Both the position numbers and the translations under genes were made by a program. The notes under the pieces were generated by a model. It was given only the letters and a program-made list of their open reading frames with translations, searched no databases and was not told where the DNA came from. From positions 569,199 through 633,198 of the forward strand of contig CP000875.1 in assembly GCA_000018565.1 (NCBI GenBank): 64,000 nucleotides of DNA, in the 5' to 3' direction. This document shows, piece by piece, positions 48,239 to 57,620 of this stretch. Source of the DNA: Herpetosiphon aurantiacus DSM 785 (lineage in GTDB: Bacteria > Chloroflexota > Chloroflexia > Chloroflexales > Herpetosiphonaceae). Within the stretch, counting starts at the first letter, position 1; each line of letters begins with the position of its first letter.

Positions 48239-49321
48239 ATGTCATACCCACAACCCTCTATGCCACCTTATATGCAACCAGTACCACCAAACAAGCCAGG
48301 CTGGCGGAAAAATATCAAATGGATTGCAATTGGCAGTGTCGTGTTTGTGTGTTCATGTTTGGGACTCGCCTATAACCAAGGCTCAAAGCTACAGGCCGAG
48401 CAGACGGCTACGGCTATTGTAGTTGCTAATGTTACCGCAACCGCCCAGCAAAGCAATACGAATGCAACCAGTGAGGCGGTTGCGATTGCGGCGACCGTCG
48501 AGCAGGATAATGCCAATGCTACGAAGGAAGCTATTGCAATTGCGGCGACCCAGACTGAAGAGGCTCGGCCAACCAATACTCCAGTGCCAACCAATACACC
48601 GCTTCCGCCAACGGCAACGCCATTCGTAGCAGAGATTGGCCAAAGTAATCCGATTGGCCAATGGGAAATTACCATCCTCGATATCAGCATTGCGAATGAT
48701 TTTAGCGAAGCGGCAACTGGTAAGTGGCTGGTTGTCCATGGGACGATAACCAACAAGGGCGATGACCACCTGATTGGTAAGCAAGAATTGAAGGTACGAA
48801 CAGATACCAAAACAATTGAATTAGACCGGAATGCTTCCAACCAAGCGGCAAAACGCCTCAATGTTACCTCGATCGGCGATTTAGGCGGGAAGATGATTAA
48901 GCGTGGTGAACGCGAAGAATGGGCAATTGCTTTCGATATTCCCCAAGACAGCAATGAGTTATGGTTTACGCTTGAAGGGACTGATGCCGTGAAGTTTGGG
49001 GCGATTGGTGAGACGGCAGAATTACCAACGGTAACACCACGTCCAACTGCTACGGCGGTTCCTGATCTTGCCACCGAGGCGGGTGCTATTGATGTCTGTA
49101 AGCAGGCAGTCAAGCAACGCCTTACCCATCCCTCAACCGCTGATTTCCCATGGTTCGATTATCAAACCGTGCAGGAAGGCGATCTAACTTGGTATGTCCA
49201 ATCGACAGTCAAAGCGAAGAACTCGTTTAATCTGGAAGTGGAATTTGTATGGGTTTGTAAAGTAACTTATGAAGGCAATAGCCGATGGAATATTGATGAT
49301 GTACAAATGGCTGAACAATAG
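48239..49321 (+). CDS. Secreted/membrane-anchored DUF4352-like domain protein with Pro/Thr-rich linker
   Basis: N-terminal Pro-rich region then TM; central segment GKWLVVHGTITNKGDDHLIGKQELKVRTDT…FDIPQD resembles DUF4352 (phage/lipoprotein-associated). Confidence 0.5.
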   Translation: MSYPQPSMPPYMQPVPPNKPGWRKNIKWIAIGSVVFVCSCLGLAYNQGSKLQAEQTATAIVVANVTATAQQSNTNATSEAVAIAATVEQDNANATKEAIAIAATQTEEARPTNTPVPTNTPLPPTATPFVAEIGQSNPIGQWEITILDISIANDFSEAATGKWLVVHGTITNKGDDHLIGKQELKVRTDTKTIELDRNASNQAAKRLNVTSIGDLGGKMIKRGEREEWAIAFDIPQDSNELWFTLEGTDAVKFGAIGETAELPTVTPRPTATAVPDLATEAGAIDVCKQAVKQRLTHPSTADFPWFDYQTVQEGDLTWYVQSTVKAKNSFNLEVEFVWVCKVTYEGNSRWNIDDVQMAEQ

Positions 49322-49340
49322 ACCATCCTAGATTAATCCC

Positions 49341-49378
49341 TTGCACCATGGAGCCAGTCGGCCCATGGTGCTTTTTTA
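49341..49378 (+). terminator. Rho-independent terminator (sequence-related to the one at 47893)
   Basis: gcaccatgg…ccatggtgc hairpin then TTTTTTAT. Confidence 0.6.
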
Positions 49379-49417
49379 TGGTCTAAATCCTATTGTTGCC
49401 TTGGATACTACTCCAGC

Positions 49418-49440
49418 AAATTCCGAAAATTTCGGAATTT
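49418..49440. promoter_or_regulatory. 23-bp palindrome AAATTCCGAAAATTTCGGAATTT (candidate operator), copy 1
   Basis: Perfect inverted repeat in the AT-rich promoter region upstream of the long + strand operon; a near-identical copy at 56951-56972. Confidence 0.5.
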
Positions 49441-49512
49441 GTGTTTCATATCTGTAATTCATTATTGACATCATTTCAAATATGATTTATATTTCAGATA
49501 TGAATTTCAGGA

Positions 49513-50388
49513 GTGAAATATATGCAACCTCAAGAAACCACACGTCGAGAATTGACCACCCTAAGCCATGCCGCTGTTGGAATTACATTGTGGCTTGAGC
49601 ACAACAACCATGGCTGGAGCGCATTTCTCTCAACCCCCAAAATGACCATTCAACACATTGGCAGTCGATATTACGAATTTTTTGTTGATGAGCTAATCCA
49701 ACACGCGATTAACTACGCCGACGAAGTAGCCGAAGAGTTTAACCCAACCCCAGCTGCACCAGCTGCCCCACTCAAGCCTGCTAAGAAAAAACCAACCCGC
49801 AAACAACCAAAGCAGCCTGTGTGCTATTGCCAATGCTGTAGCCCAACCCAAGGCGCAACAGGTGTTACCTATTGCCTGAAGGACAAAGAGTACGTTGCCC
49901 ACAATGGTGGCGAGTTGATCGGCTACTTCCCAACCAGCGATGCTGCTAGTAGCAAATTGAACAAGCTGCGTTATGAAATTTTATCGCGGGAGTTTCCAGA
50001 GCAGCCAGCGCACAAGTTTTTTGAGCCACTTGAAGATGAACTAACACGCGAGCCTGCTGCATCTTCAGCATCGGCTATTCCCCAAGCCCCAAGCTATTTC
50101 GTGATTGGTCAATTGGTTGGCCAACTACGCCAACTCTATGCTGGAAAAAAAGTTCAGCTTAATGCCATCAACAAAGCCTTTAGCGAATTGGCCGTGCCTG
50201 GCTGGTCGTGGGATGGCTCAAGCCTCACCATTCGTAGCCGCTCTAATCCTTCCATTTTGTATCACGTCAATGGCGATACCTGCCAATGTACTGCCTTTGC
50301 CAAAGGTGCGACGTGTTGGCATCGAGCAGCCTACAAGATCCTCTTGCAAGCAGCAGCGGCCCCAAATCATTATCAGAAAGCCGCCTAG
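49513..50388 (+). CDS. SWIM zinc-finger domain protein
   Basis: C-terminal CQCTAFAKGATCWHRAAY fits SWIM CxCx(n)CxH; Pro/Ala/Lys-rich linker. Confidence 0.5.
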   Translation: MKYMQPQETTRRELTTLSHAAVGITLWLEHNNHGWSAFLSTPKMTIQHIGSRYYEFFVDELIQHAINYADEVAEEFNPTPAAPAAPLKPAKKKPTRKQPKQPVCYCQCCSPTQGATGVTYCLKDKEYVAHNGGELIGYFPTSDAASSKLNKLRYEILSREFPEQPAHKFFEPLEDELTREPAASSASAIPQAPSYFVIGQLVGQLRQLYAGKKVQLNAINKAFSELAVPGWSWDGSSLTIRSRSNPSILYHVNGDTCQCTAFAKGATCWHRAAYKILLQAAAAPNHYQKAA

Positions 50389-50491
50389 GCCTGAGCAGTC
50401 CTACCTGCTCACCATCGCGACTGCATCACTGTGTGCAGTGCCGCATGCGTAAGCGGCAACCAAGCACCAACCACTTAAAACAGGAGGATGA

Positions 50492-50692
50492 ATGGAATTC
50501 GAAATTATTGATTGCAACGGCACATCGTGGGAATTGTTTTTTGGGGATAGCAATTGGGGCAAACTCTTTTTCCAAGGCCAGTTCATTCAAAACTTTGATA
50601 ACGAAGTTGATGCCATCGCCTACGTTGAAAACCAAACGGGCAGCCCAATTCAATCAAGCCAGCGCGTGGACAACTGGCGGATACAACTCTAA
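50492..50692 (+). CDS. Hypothetical small protein
   Basis: 66 aa. Confidence 0.3.
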   Translation: MEFEIIDCNGTSWELFFGDSNWGKLFFQGQFIQNFDNEVDAIAYVENQTGSPIQSSQRVDNWRIQL

Positions 50693-51091
50693 CCAAGCCG
50701 CCATGGCCTGAGCAATCCTACCTGCTCACCAGCGCCAACGTGGCGCAACTCGGTATGTATCAATCAACGCTCACCCGCTGTTGTGCGGAACAGCGGCAAT
50801 GTTCGCAAGTAAAACTACCTTAACAAGTAAATACGCAGTCGTGGCATATCGTGCGCAGCCAGCGCGGGATGGCTTGCCTCAAGGATAGAAGGCTATGGGC
50901 GATGACCCCACCTCGGCATAAGCGCCGCGTCCTTACTAGCAGCACCACGATCAACGGGTAGGAAATCACGTAGGCCTACCCACAATTAATTCAATTATCA
51001 GCGCGAGGTTTGATCATGAGCCAAGCAGAAATTTTGGCCGCTATTGCCGCCGAACGACAGACACAAGATAGTTTCAATCCCCTAGCGGTGG

Positions 51092-51508
51092 ATGCTGATA
51101 CCGATTGACAATATACCAATTTTCAAATCAATTATCAAAATCGCCTTGATTGAAGATATGGAGCCAGCAATGATCGAAAGTCTTATCCCCATGCTCGGCA
51201 TAGTTGCCAGCGCGATAGCAATAGCACTTCTAACCAAGCACCCTAAGCAACAATTAATCAGTAGTGCTAGTGCTGTAGTTTTTTGGTTTGCCGTATGGTG
51301 TGTTTTGGTTGGGCCAGAATATCTGTTGTTTGTAGCTTATTTGGTTTGGCTGGTTGTGTTGGCCGTGGTGATTGTGATGGCTATCAATATGGCCCGGGCG
51401 CTGCTGCGAACATTTCAAAAGGAAGCACACAAGCGACCTGAGCCAACGACACACTATCCACCCATAACCCAAGGTGACATTGACCAAGGGATTAACCAGA
51501 TTCGCTAG
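51092..51508 (+). CDS. Hypothetical membrane protein
   Basis: 138 aa, 3-4 TM. Confidence 0.35.
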   Translation: MLIPIDNIPIFKSIIKIALIEDMEPAMIESLIPMLGIVASAIAIALLTKHPKQQLISSASAVVFWFAVWCVLVGPEYLLFVAYLVWLVVLAVVIVMAINMARALLRTFQKEAHKRPEPTTHYPPITQGDIDQGINQIR

Positions 51509-51541
51509 TGCGATGGCTGCCCAGCTGGGCAGCCATTCGTT

Positions 51542-51973
51542 TTGAGGAGATCATCAATGGAAGTAGAAGTAACCGTCAAAGGCATCATCGTGTTTGATGA
51601 AGCTGGAGTCTATGGCGAATATGAAGAGGTAGAGATTGAAACCAAAGCGGTTTGGATACCTGGCTTTGGGCTACTGGTCAATGCAAATATTGGTATTGGC
51701 GGACACTATCCTCTGCTGCATTGTGCTGGTTTTGATAGCACTACCCATGCTGAGGCTGTTCGCACGGCGGTTGCCTACAGCGATGCCGTAATTCACCATC
51801 TGACCAAGCATGAGGCGATGGTCAAAACCATTGATACCTATATGAGTGCCAAGAAAGCCTTTTACGCTCAGGGTGGAACGAATGCCAAACTTGAAGGCGC
51901 ATTCCTTGATAGCCAAGAGCCACTTGATCAAGTTTGGGCAACCTTCACGTTTACCCCTGAGGCCTATGAATGA
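51542..51973 (+). CDS. Hypothetical protein
   Basis: 143 aa; GGAG RBS. Confidence 0.35.
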   Translation: MRRSSMEVEVTVKGIIVFDEAGVYGEYEEVEIETKAVWIPGFGLLVNANIGIGGHYPLLHCAGFDSTTHAEAVRTAVAYSDAVIHHLTKHEAMVKTIDTYMSAKKAFYAQGGTNAKLEGAFLDSQEPLDQVWATFTFTPEAYE

Positions 51974-52164
51974 GCAACTACAAAATCATCATGAATTATG
52001 GCGATACCGAAGTTTCGCTAGCGATTGGCCGCCTTGATCAAGATGAAGCCTTGATCATTCAACGGCAACTAACCAGTGCTGTTCGCTCGGTATTTGATGA
52101 TATTCCGGTAGTTGGTTTGCGTTGCATGCCCAATTATCGAGTGGAGTTTATTTCAATCCCCTAA
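51970..52164 (+). CDS. Hypothetical small protein
   Basis: 64 aa; start overlaps previous stop (ATGA). Confidence 0.3.
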   Translation: MSNYKIIMNYGDTEVSLAIGRLDQDEALIIQRQLTSAVRSVFDDIPVVGLRCMPNYRVEFISIP

Positions 52165-52207
52165 CGGCGGATTAGAGCGTGTCTAGCAAAACAAAGGAGC
52201 ATACCTA

Positions 52208-52438
52208 ATGGCTGCATGGATTTATACCGCCGATGGCGAATTCGAGAGCCTAGCCGAAGCCATTGAAGCCTATAAGGAACGGGTACGAAAACAAGAGCAA
52301 GAGGAACATCGGGCTGCGTTGCAGGCAGCCCAGCATGATCCTGGCGTTCAAAGTTGGATAGAACTAGCGAACAATGAAGCAGCGCTACAAAGTGTTGCCA
52401 AACACATCCTGCCAATAAAACCTATCACTACTGCCTAG
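52208..52438 (+). CDS. Hypothetical small protein
   Basis: 76 aa, helical/charged. Confidence 0.3.
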   Translation: MAAWIYTADGEFESLAEAIEAYKERVRKQEQEEHRAALQAAQHDPGVQSWIELANNEAALQSVAKHILPIKPITTA

Positions 52439-52473
52439 TAGTTTGTTTTAATCCCTGAACAGGATACCTCATT

Positions 52474-52929
52474 ATGACACAACCATTCACCACTATCAAA
52501 CCCAAGCTTGAAGCCCCGTTCCCCATGGATATTATTGAGATAAAGCCCACTGTTGTCACGAAGGATAAGACCCGCGCTTTAGCTATTGCCTATGCCGAAG
52601 TCCGAGCCTATCAGGACAGGCTTGATGCTGTGGTTGGTGGTGAATGGGCTGTGACCTATCGCCCCTTAGGGCCAGGTGCGGTTATTTGCCAGCTGACCCT
52701 AGTTGGCATCACTCGTGAAGATGTTGGGGAAGCCGAGCAAACTGACCCGAATAAAGCGACGGTTGCCGTTGCCCAAGCGTTCAAACGCGCCTGCTCGGCA
52801 TTCGGGCTGGGCCGCTATCTGTACAGCATGCCAAAAGTATGGGCCGAATACGATCAGGAAAAAAAGTGCTTTGTGTACCCTGATCGCATTATTGCCCATA
52901 TGTATAAGCAGATTGGGATAAAGGTATGA
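52474..52929 (+). CDS. Rad52/Sak-family single-strand annealing protein
   Basis: …ATVAVAQAFKRACSAFGLGRYLY… matches the conserved Rad52/22 core (KRA..FGiGRYLY). Confidence 0.65.
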   Translation: MTQPFTTIKPKLEAPFPMDIIEIKPTVVTKDKTRALAIAYAEVRAYQDRLDAVVGGEWAVTYRPLGPGAVICQLTLVGITREDVGEAEQTDPNKATVAVAQAFKRACSAFGLGRYLYSMPKVWAEYDQEKKCFVYPDRIIAHMYKQIGIKV

Positions 52930-53132
52930 ACCTAGTCAATCTTGCAGGCACACAACTTCAGGTGCAGGAATATTTGCGGGCAGGCCAACTAGAGGCGGCC
53001 CGCAATATTTTAATCAATCGCAATATAAGCCCCCAGTTAATAGCGAAATGGCTAACGCCTGAGCAGCAAGAGGCACTGGGGTTTATTTCGCCGGAATTGA
53101 TGGCCGAGCTACAAACTGATAATCAAGCATAA
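52926..53132 (+). CDS. Hypothetical small protein
   Basis: 68 aa helical. Confidence 0.3.
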   Translation: MNLVNLAGTQLQVQEYLRAGQLEAARNILINRNISPQLIAKWLTPEQQEALGFISPELMAELQTDNQA

Positions 53133-53148
53133 GTAAAGGAAGCAAATC

Positions 53149-53604
53149 ATGGCAGCGGATACCAAGATCATCATCGTTGAAGGACAAGAGTTTCGGGTAC
53201 CGAGCGCAATGGAGATTGATGCAATTCGTTCCCATCTTGCCACCACATACCCTTCAGTAACATCGGCAATCATCACCAAGGGCAAACGCACAATTGAGGG
53301 TGAAGAGTACGAAACCATCGAGTTCGTCAAAAAAGTTGGCACAAAAGGCCTTGATTTAGTTGCAGCCTTGGAAGAGATCCCCCCTGCTTGGGATCTCTTC
53401 GATCTCTTCAGCACCAAACCACCAGTACCTATAGAGAAGTTACTAGCTGGTGGTTTGACCTTTGGCGAAGCCATGCTCATGAATTTGGATACTGAGCTAA
53501 GCAAACGATTTGAAAAAAAATATAACCGCGAGGAATCAGCACTATGCCTGCACTTAGCCGAATTGCCCGCAAGCGCCGATCAAGATCTGCCATTGGGTTG
53601 GTAA
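53149..53604 (+). CDS. Candidate ubiquitin-like (beta-grasp, ThiS/MoaD-like) protein with C-terminal extension
   Basis: N-terminal about 70 aa KIIIVEGQEFRVPSAMEIDAIRSHL…TIEGEEYETIEFVKKVGTKG has a ThiS/MoaD-like pattern; downstream KLLAGG motif; lies immediately upstream of the E2-JAB-E1 genes. Confidence 0.35.
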   Translation: MAADTKIIIVEGQEFRVPSAMEIDAIRSHLATTYPSVTSAIITKGKRTIEGEEYETIEFVKKVGTKGLDLVAALEEIPPAWDLFDLFSTKPPVPIEKLLAGGLTFGEAMLMNLDTELSKRFEKKYNREESALCLHLAELPASADQDLPLGW

Positions 53605-54542
53605 AGGTTAGCTCTTTGACCCCTGCGGGCTTTAGTGATGAAACCATCATTAAAGAATGGAATGATGTACTGCATGGGGTTCGGCTAATGCAGCGTTACG
53701 ATCCTAGTTATTATGAACAGATTCGCGATGAACCATTGACGTTGGTAAAGGGTAAGTCTTGTTTTATCAGAATGGCATATCTGGTTGAAGATCTTGTTTC
53801 CACAACCATGAATTTTCAAGATTATATGGAGTGGAGACAAGAGGACTTCGATCCCTATGATGATGCCGATGATATTGCCAATGATGATCCTGCCCTCTCG
53901 GAAAGCTATAGTCTTGATCTGCGATTTGAGATTGCCGGGCAATGGCTTGATGAAACCCCTTTAGCCGTTTTTGGTTTACCGATTCATGCTGGTGAAGCTG
54001 GAGATATGTTTCATCTTGCAATGTGGCTTACGCGGTATCCATTTCATACTACACCCTACGATGTTATGCGGTTCGATGGTGATCGCTATTTCGTGAAAGA
54101 TAAAGAAATTTTTCAAGCGCTGAAAACATTTGACCCTTTGCCTGAGCATATTCATATCCATGGATTAATTCAAGAATTAAATCGCAAAAAGATCTATGGG
54201 TTTGAGCTTGGAACCTTGATTCAATATGCATTGCGCATTACTGGTGATGTGTTTGCCGATGTTTCTATGGCAGAACTGGAAGTTGGTGGATGGGATGACG
54301 GCATAGATTGGGCTAACCCTGATATGGTCGCCTCAGTCCAAGATCGTCAACGTCGAGCCGATGCGCTGTGCAGCCAATTCCATGACTTTGCAGCATGGCT
54401 TGATCGCAACAATGAATATGCGATCGATATTTTGCTCAATATTTATGGAGCCGCTGCGGTCGTACTGGCTAATGATACCCAACGCCCAGCAACCTTAATG
54501 GAGTTAGTCAATGCCAACGATGAAGTACCCCAGACCATATAA
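53544..54542 (+). CDS. Hypothetical protein (332 aa) within Ubl-conjugation cassette
   Basis: No recognisable motif. Confidence 0.35.
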   Translation: MPALSRIARKRRSRSAIGLVKVSSLTPAGFSDETIIKEWNDVLHGVRLMQRYDPSYYEQIRDEPLTLVKGKSCFIRMAYLVEDLVSTTMNFQDYMEWRQEDFDPYDDADDIANDDPALSESYSLDLRFEIAGQWLDETPLAVFGLPIHAGEAGDMFHLAMWLTRYPFHTTPYDVMRFDGDRYFVKDKEIFQALKTFDPLPEHIHIHGLIQELNRKKIYGFELGTLIQYALRITGDVFADVSMAELEVGGWDDGIDWANPDMVASVQDRQRRADALCSQFHDFAAWLDRNNEYAIDILLNIYGAAAVVLANDTQRPATLMELVNANDEVPQTI

Positions 54543-55191
54543 GCGAGAAATCGTGTTTGATAAAAGCCCGAAGCTTCAGCTAGATTTCTTCGATAATGCG
54601 GTGATTATGACCCGCCGTGAGCCATCTGGTTGGTCATCATACCCAGTCGATGTTAGTGAGGTTGCAAAGGTATTAAGCGGTATCCCCCAATCATCGGGAT
54701 TGCTCCCTCAAAATACCTTAGGCTATGGAAGCTATAAAGGCAGTTCCTTCTACTGCATGTATATTCCACCAAAATCCATCACGATAGAGCTTGCCAATAA
54801 TGATCGGTTAACGATTCCCATTCCACCGCTCGTTTGGCGTGGTTGGAAACAAAACTATCAGATTTGGGCATTAGCCACTGAAGCCTATCCTTTAGCGTCA
54901 ACACCCTTATTTATGGCTCCCTTCCCTAATGTGTACCCGAATGCGATGATTTGCTGGGGTGATAGTGATGATCGTTTGCCTGCTGGCCCAAGCACGATGC
55001 AGGCAATGCTTGACCTCTTTTTGATAGGCAGTCGTTTCAATACCCATTTGGTTGGTGGTAAGAGCATGCGTTCATCTGGCAATATTATCAATCTGTACCA
55101 TAGGATTAAAGGTAAGGCTATGTATCCACTTCATGATTTATGTGCTACTGATTTAGTTCTTGAAAACGTGTTGGAAGGGGGATTTGCATGA
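54511..55191 (+). CDS. E2-like (UBC-fold) ubiquitin-conjugating enzyme homolog
   Basis: FPNVYPNAMICWG aligns with the eukaryotic E2 HPNIYSNGSIC(LDIL) active-site motif (Asn and catalytic Cys at identical spacing). Confidence 0.55.
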   Translation: MPTMKYPRPYKREIVFDKSPKLQLDFFDNAVIMTRREPSGWSSYPVDVSEVAKVLSGIPQSSGLLPQNTLGYGSYKGSSFYCMYIPPKSITIELANNDRLTIPIPPLVWRGWKQNYQIWALATEAYPLASTPLFMAPFPNVYPNAMICWGDSDDRLPAGPSTMQAMLDLFLIGSRFNTHLVGGKSMRSSGNIINLYHRIKGKAMYPLHDLCATDLVLENVLEGGFA

Positions 55192-55841
55192 TCCCAAACC
55201 TTCACCGCTACCATATTGTTACTGAAGCGGAACCATATCCCCCTAATCAGCCAGGCTTGACGTGGCTGATCGCAGCGAACGGCATCTTCAAAAGTGGCTG
55301 CGATCGCCATCAGCGCTTGATTATTCAAGTCTCCGAGCAGCGCATTGATCTACCTGGCATGGTCGCGATTATGCCGATGATTCACTGGTTCAATTATCCC
55401 AAACGCTTACCATCTGCTTGGTTATCAATGCTGCTTGCAGATGCCCAAAAGGCTTCTATTATCACCAATGGAGTAGCACGACCAATCGAGAAACAATACT
55501 TTGTAGTTAATAAAGATGATCGGCTGAAGCTGATTATTGCTCCCCAACAAGCTAGTGCCTTGAGGGTGCATTATCAAATGCCGTCGGCACCAATCTTTGT
55601 TGATATTCATAGCCATCATGGTATGCCTGCTTACTTTTCGGCCACCGATGATGCTGATGATACAGGCCTCTCAATTTCATGTGTGATCGGCAACATCTAT
55701 AGCAACCCTGAAATCATTTGTCGATTAAACATCTATGGCCAACATCAAGTTGTGCCTATTACCACCATTTTTGATGGTTGTGGCCCTTTTGCCGATGTGG
55801 GACAACGAGAGGGGGATCGCTATGCAAATGCTCAGTTTTGA
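55188..55841 (+). CDS. JAB/JAMM (MPN+) metalloprotease
   Basis: IHSHHGMPAYFSATDDADD fits the JAMM motif HxHx7Sx2D. Confidence 0.65.
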   Translation: MIPNLHRYHIVTEAEPYPPNQPGLTWLIAANGIFKSGCDRHQRLIIQVSEQRIDLPGMVAIMPMIHWFNYPKRLPSAWLSMLLADAQKASIITNGVARPIEKQYFVVNKDDRLKLIIAPQQASALRVHYQMPSAPIFVDIHSHHGMPAYFSATDDADDTGLSISCVIGNIYSNPEIICRLNIYGQHQVVPITTIFDGCGPFADVGQREGDRYANAQF

Positions 55842-56700
55842 GCCTATTGCCCCGTTTGTAATAGGAAACCAGTCACGCTTTCATATCACTATTGTTGGGG
55901 CTGGTGGTACTGGCTCTTATATCGTGCAAACTGTGGCTCGGTTAATGGCGCATGCCAATGAGAAGGGTTCCCCCAAAATCGATGTAACGCTGGTTGATGG
56001 CGATACAATTGAAGCAAAAAATATTGGTCGTCAACTCTTTGCCCCAGCCGAAATAGGCCGAAATAAAGCACAATCATTGGCTACTCGGTTCAACCAAGCC
56101 CTAGGCCTCAAAATACAAGCTATACCCACAATGATCGATCAATATTCGCTTCCGCATGTTGATCGCTATCAATGGCATCAATCGGCTGCGCTTGATAAGC
56201 GGCCCTACTCAATTGTTGTGGGCGCTGTCGATAATGCCGAAGCACGCAAGGTTATTCATGATGGTTTAGCTAAATATGTCTTTAACCTATGGATTGATAG
56301 TGGCAACCACGAGCATGGGGGACAAGTGCTTGTAGGCAACTGCGTAGCACCGCATAAGCTAAAAGGAAGCTTTGCCCTTGAGGGAATGGTGCAATCATTA
56401 CCAGCACCATCGTTGATGGCACCATCGCTGATAACACCACCAGAGCCACTGCCTGAATCGCAGCAGCTTGATTGTGCAACCGCGATGGAGAATAACCGCC
56501 AATCCTTACTTATTAATCAGCAAATGGCCTCAATTGTTGGCCAATACTTACATCAAATCATCTTTACCCAACGCTTGACCACTTTTGAAACAATTGTCGA
56601 TATGAGCACACTCACGATGCGAAGCACCCCAATCACGGTTTCTAATGTGGCTCAATGTCTTGGGGTAACGTCTGCATTTTTAAAAGGAATTAACGCATGA
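55822..56700 (+). CDS. E1-like ThiF/MoeB-family adenylyltransferase
   Basis: Rossmann ITIVGAGGTGSY; DGDTIEAKNIGRQLF (ThiF D-x-D-x-x-E-x-x-N-x-x-RQ); GAVDNAEAR. Confidence 0.7.
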   Translation: MQMLSFEPIAPFVIGNQSRFHITIVGAGGTGSYIVQTVARLMAHANEKGSPKIDVTLVDGDTIEAKNIGRQLFAPAEIGRNKAQSLATRFNQALGLKIQAIPTMIDQYSLPHVDRYQWHQSAALDKRPYSIVVGAVDNAEARKVIHDGLAKYVFNLWIDSGNHEHGGQVLVGNCVAPHKLKGSFALEGMVQSLPAPSLMAPSLITPPEPLPESQQLDCATAMENNRQSLLINQQMASIVGQYLHQIIFTQRLTTFETIVDMSTLTMRSTPITVSNVAQCLGVTSAFLKGINA

Positions 56701-57617
56701 CCACACAACTAACCTTATTCGATTACAACGCGCTGGATACTGAAACCCGCGTTATCGTTCAGCAAAAAGCGGTCGAAATTCGGGATCGAATGCGCAGCGC
56801 TGCGCAGGCCGTCATCGAGATTGGTGAGCGGCTGATCGATGTGAAAGAACGCTTGGGCCATGGCAAGTTTGGGCAATGGCTTGATGCAGAATTCCAATGG
56901 TCAGCTGATACCGCCCGTAACTATATGAATGTTGCTGAGCGGTTTGGTCAAAATCCGAAAATTTCGGAATTTGCACCATCGGCCTTATATTTGTTGGCAG
57001 CCCCATCAACACCAGAGGATGCCAGAACTGAAGCGATCAATCTAGCCGAGCAGGGCCAAAAGATTACCCATGCAGTAGCAAAGCAAATTGTAACCACCCA
57101 CAAAGAGCAAGCAGCGCCAAAGCCCAAGCCAGCAGCTGCACCAGCAGTGCCAAAACCTGAACCTAAGCTTGAGATCCCCCCAATGCTCATCATTGGCGAT
57201 AAGACGGTTCCTAGTGCTGAATTCACAGGCACGCCAACACCAAACACAATTGATGATAGTGAGAGCGAAGAGCTAGCCAGCCAGCCACTGGTTGAAACGC
57301 CATCTGAACAACCAGACTTACCACCAATGCTTACCATTGGCCAACCAAGCCCAGCGGCTGCCGTTGAAATCGATACGAAGCCCTTGGCTTATGCAATCGT
57401 GGTGCAGGAGTTGGCGCGGCAAATGGTTACACTTGCCAACCAGCGCGTGAAGTTATTAGAAGATCAAATTGAGGCCCAAGGGAAAGAGGTTATTCAACCA
57501 TTCATTGATACAGAGCAGATGGCTGAAGCAGCTGCATCATTTATTGGAACGCCTGCATTCAAGTCACAAGCTGGCTTGTTGGCCTTTGGGGTGAAGGTTA
57601 ACCTTCGGGATTTCTAA
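56697..57617 (+). CDS. Hypothetical protein with N-terminal DUF3102-like helical domain and Pro/Ala-rich linker with internal PPML(I/T)IG repeats
   Basis: N-terminal YNALDTETRVIVQQKAVEIRDRMRSAAQAVIEIGERLIDVKERL; contains the second copy of the 23-bp palindrome in its coding sequence. Confidence 0.4.
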   Translation: MTTQLTLFDYNALDTETRVIVQQKAVEIRDRMRSAAQAVIEIGERLIDVKERLGHGKFGQWLDAEFQWSADTARNYMNVAERFGQNPKISEFAPSALYLLAAPSTPEDARTEAINLAEQGQKITHAVAKQIVTTHKEQAAPKPKPAAAPAVPKPEPKLEIPPMLIIGDKTVPSAEFTGTPTPNTIDDSESEELASQPLVETPSEQPDLPPMLTIGQPSPAAAVEIDTKPLAYAIVVQELARQMVTLANQRVKLLEDQIEAQGKEVIQPFIDTEQMAEAAASFIGTPAFKSQAGLLAFGVKVNLRDF

Positions 57618-57620
57618 ACA

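Noticed and set aside
48370-49113. Long antisense ORF (247 aa) and 48389..48784(-) inside the DUF4352-like gene
   Set aside because: Plus-strand frame has signal/TM and a coherent domain; the antisense ORF is low-complexity (Ala/Val/Ser-rich).
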